Source: a virus | Taxonomy: Duplodnaviria > Caudoviricetes | Strand: one strand, 5' to 3' | IMG/VR virus record: IMGVR_UViG_3300044711_000113 | Span: 1 to 55,743 of that record | DNA length: 55,743 bases | In this document: piece by piece, positions 54,818 through 55,743 of the stretch | Layout of the letters: every line of letters begins with the position of its first letter | Numbering within the stretch: the first letter of the stretch is position 1 | Translations under genes and position numbers: made by a program | The notes under the pieces: model-generated | Told to the model about the DNA's origin: nothing | The model's input: only the letters and a program-made list of their open reading frames with translations | Databases searched by the model: none

Positions 54818-55743
54818 ATGGCATTCGGAACAGTCGGGTCGACCCGGCTGCACCCCGAGGAGGTGCCCCAACCGGGGAACCTGCGTTACGGCATCTTCAA
54901 CGTGGCCCCGCCGCAGAGCCTGCCCACGTCCGTCAGCGACGACCCGAACCGCGGCGGCCACGCGTTCGCCGCCGGCATGTACTACGACCCGGTCGGCTGC
55001 GGCTCGGCCCACCCGTACGCGATCGTCTGCCCGCCCTCGGGCGGCGCCGCGAAAAGCTTCGACGCCAACTCGGCCGAGCGGCAGGTGCTGCCGTTTTCCG
55101 TGTACGCGACGATCAAATGCAGCAAAGGCGGCTACTCCGTCGAATATCTGACCAGCAAGACGCAAAAACGGCTGTTCGCTTCCGAGCAGCAGGCCGTCGA
55201 GGCGGCTCTGTGGTCGGGTGGGTTCGGCAACGCCCCGTTCATCATCGACAACTCGACCAGCTTGAACGTGGGCGGCGCGGGCACCTACGCGAACATCACC
55301 GACGCTGTGGCCGCGCTCGAGCAGGCAGCCTACGGCGGCGCGGCAGGCCCGCCTGTCATCTCGCCATACGGCTACTTCGGGGTGCTGCACGCCATCCCGG
55401 CCGTGCACGCCTACGCGGCGCAAGCAGCGTTGGTCGTCACCGCGAACACGCACGGCGCGGTGTGGGGTGTCGGCGCGAACGAGGCCATGCTGCGTACCCC
55501 GCTCGGGTCGAAGTGGGTTTTCGGCGGCGGCTATGCCGGCACCGGCCCAGGCGTTGCCGGCGCGGGTGCTGCACCCGGCGCCGGGAACACCTACATCTGG
55601 ATGACCGGCAACGTGGCCCTGTGGCGCAAGCCGGAATGGACACCACCAGACGCGCTCGAGGTCATGGACCGTTCCCTGAACCAGCTCCAGATTTTGTGGG
55701 AGCGCGAGTACCTGGCCACATACGACTGTTTCAACATCACCGC
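54818..55743 (+). CDS. Second capsid protein (pentamer type), 3'-truncated; not in ORF track
   Basis: ATG after GGAGGG; MAFGTV...'LRYGIF', 'PFSVYATIKC', 'RL..SEQQAVEAALW', 'RTPLGSKWVFGGGY', 'EREYLATYDC'; no stop seen before the window end. Confidence 0.7.
   Translation, partial: MAFGTVGSTRLHPEEVPQPGNLRYGIFNVAPPQSLPTSVSDDPNRGGHAFAAGMYYDPVGCGSAHPYAIVCPPSGGAAKSFDANSAERQVLPFSVYATIKCSKGGYSVEYLTSKTQKRLFASEQQAVEAALWSGGFGNAPFIIDNSTSLNVGGAGTYANITDAVAALEQAAYGGAAGPPVISPYGYFGVLHAIPAVHAYAAQAALVVTANTHGAVWGVGANEAMLRTPLGSKWVFGGGYAGTGPGVAGAGAAPGAGNTYIWMTGNVALWRKPEWTPPDALEVMDRSLNQLQILWEREYLATYDCFNIT

Overview
The window is a high-GC, apparently near-complete and circularly permuted genome of a tailed actinobacteriophage. 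Its virion gene organisation resembles mycobacteriophage cluster B-type phages. Protein calls rest on motifs recognised by eye; no database searches were run. Layout: tail and lysis genes (1-16.9 kb, +); a leftward early region (17.1-24.1 kb, -); a rightward middle region (24.2-35.9 kb, +); a short leftward block (36.1-39.5 kb, -); and terminase, portal, MuF, a 1486-aa protease polyprotein and two capsid genes (39.6-55.7 kb, +). No integrase, DNA polymerase, primase or helicase was recognised; a Rep-like gene carries internal iterons. The most striking feature is at 18.4-21.6 kb on the minus strand, where short ORFs are punctuated by seven tRNA-like elements. Five are 47-52-nt mini-tRNAs with an acceptor stem, a D-like hairpin and a T-arm but no anticodon arm. 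One is 104 nt, and one is a 157-nt tRNA whose anticodon arm is replaced by an extended structured domain. Most are followed by a shared ACAGGAAGG leader, and a hairpin at the end of the array displays the exact complement of that leader in its loop. A palindromic operator (GGGTGTRTY-N7-RAYACACCC) occurs about nine times and usually overlaps a -10 hexamer.
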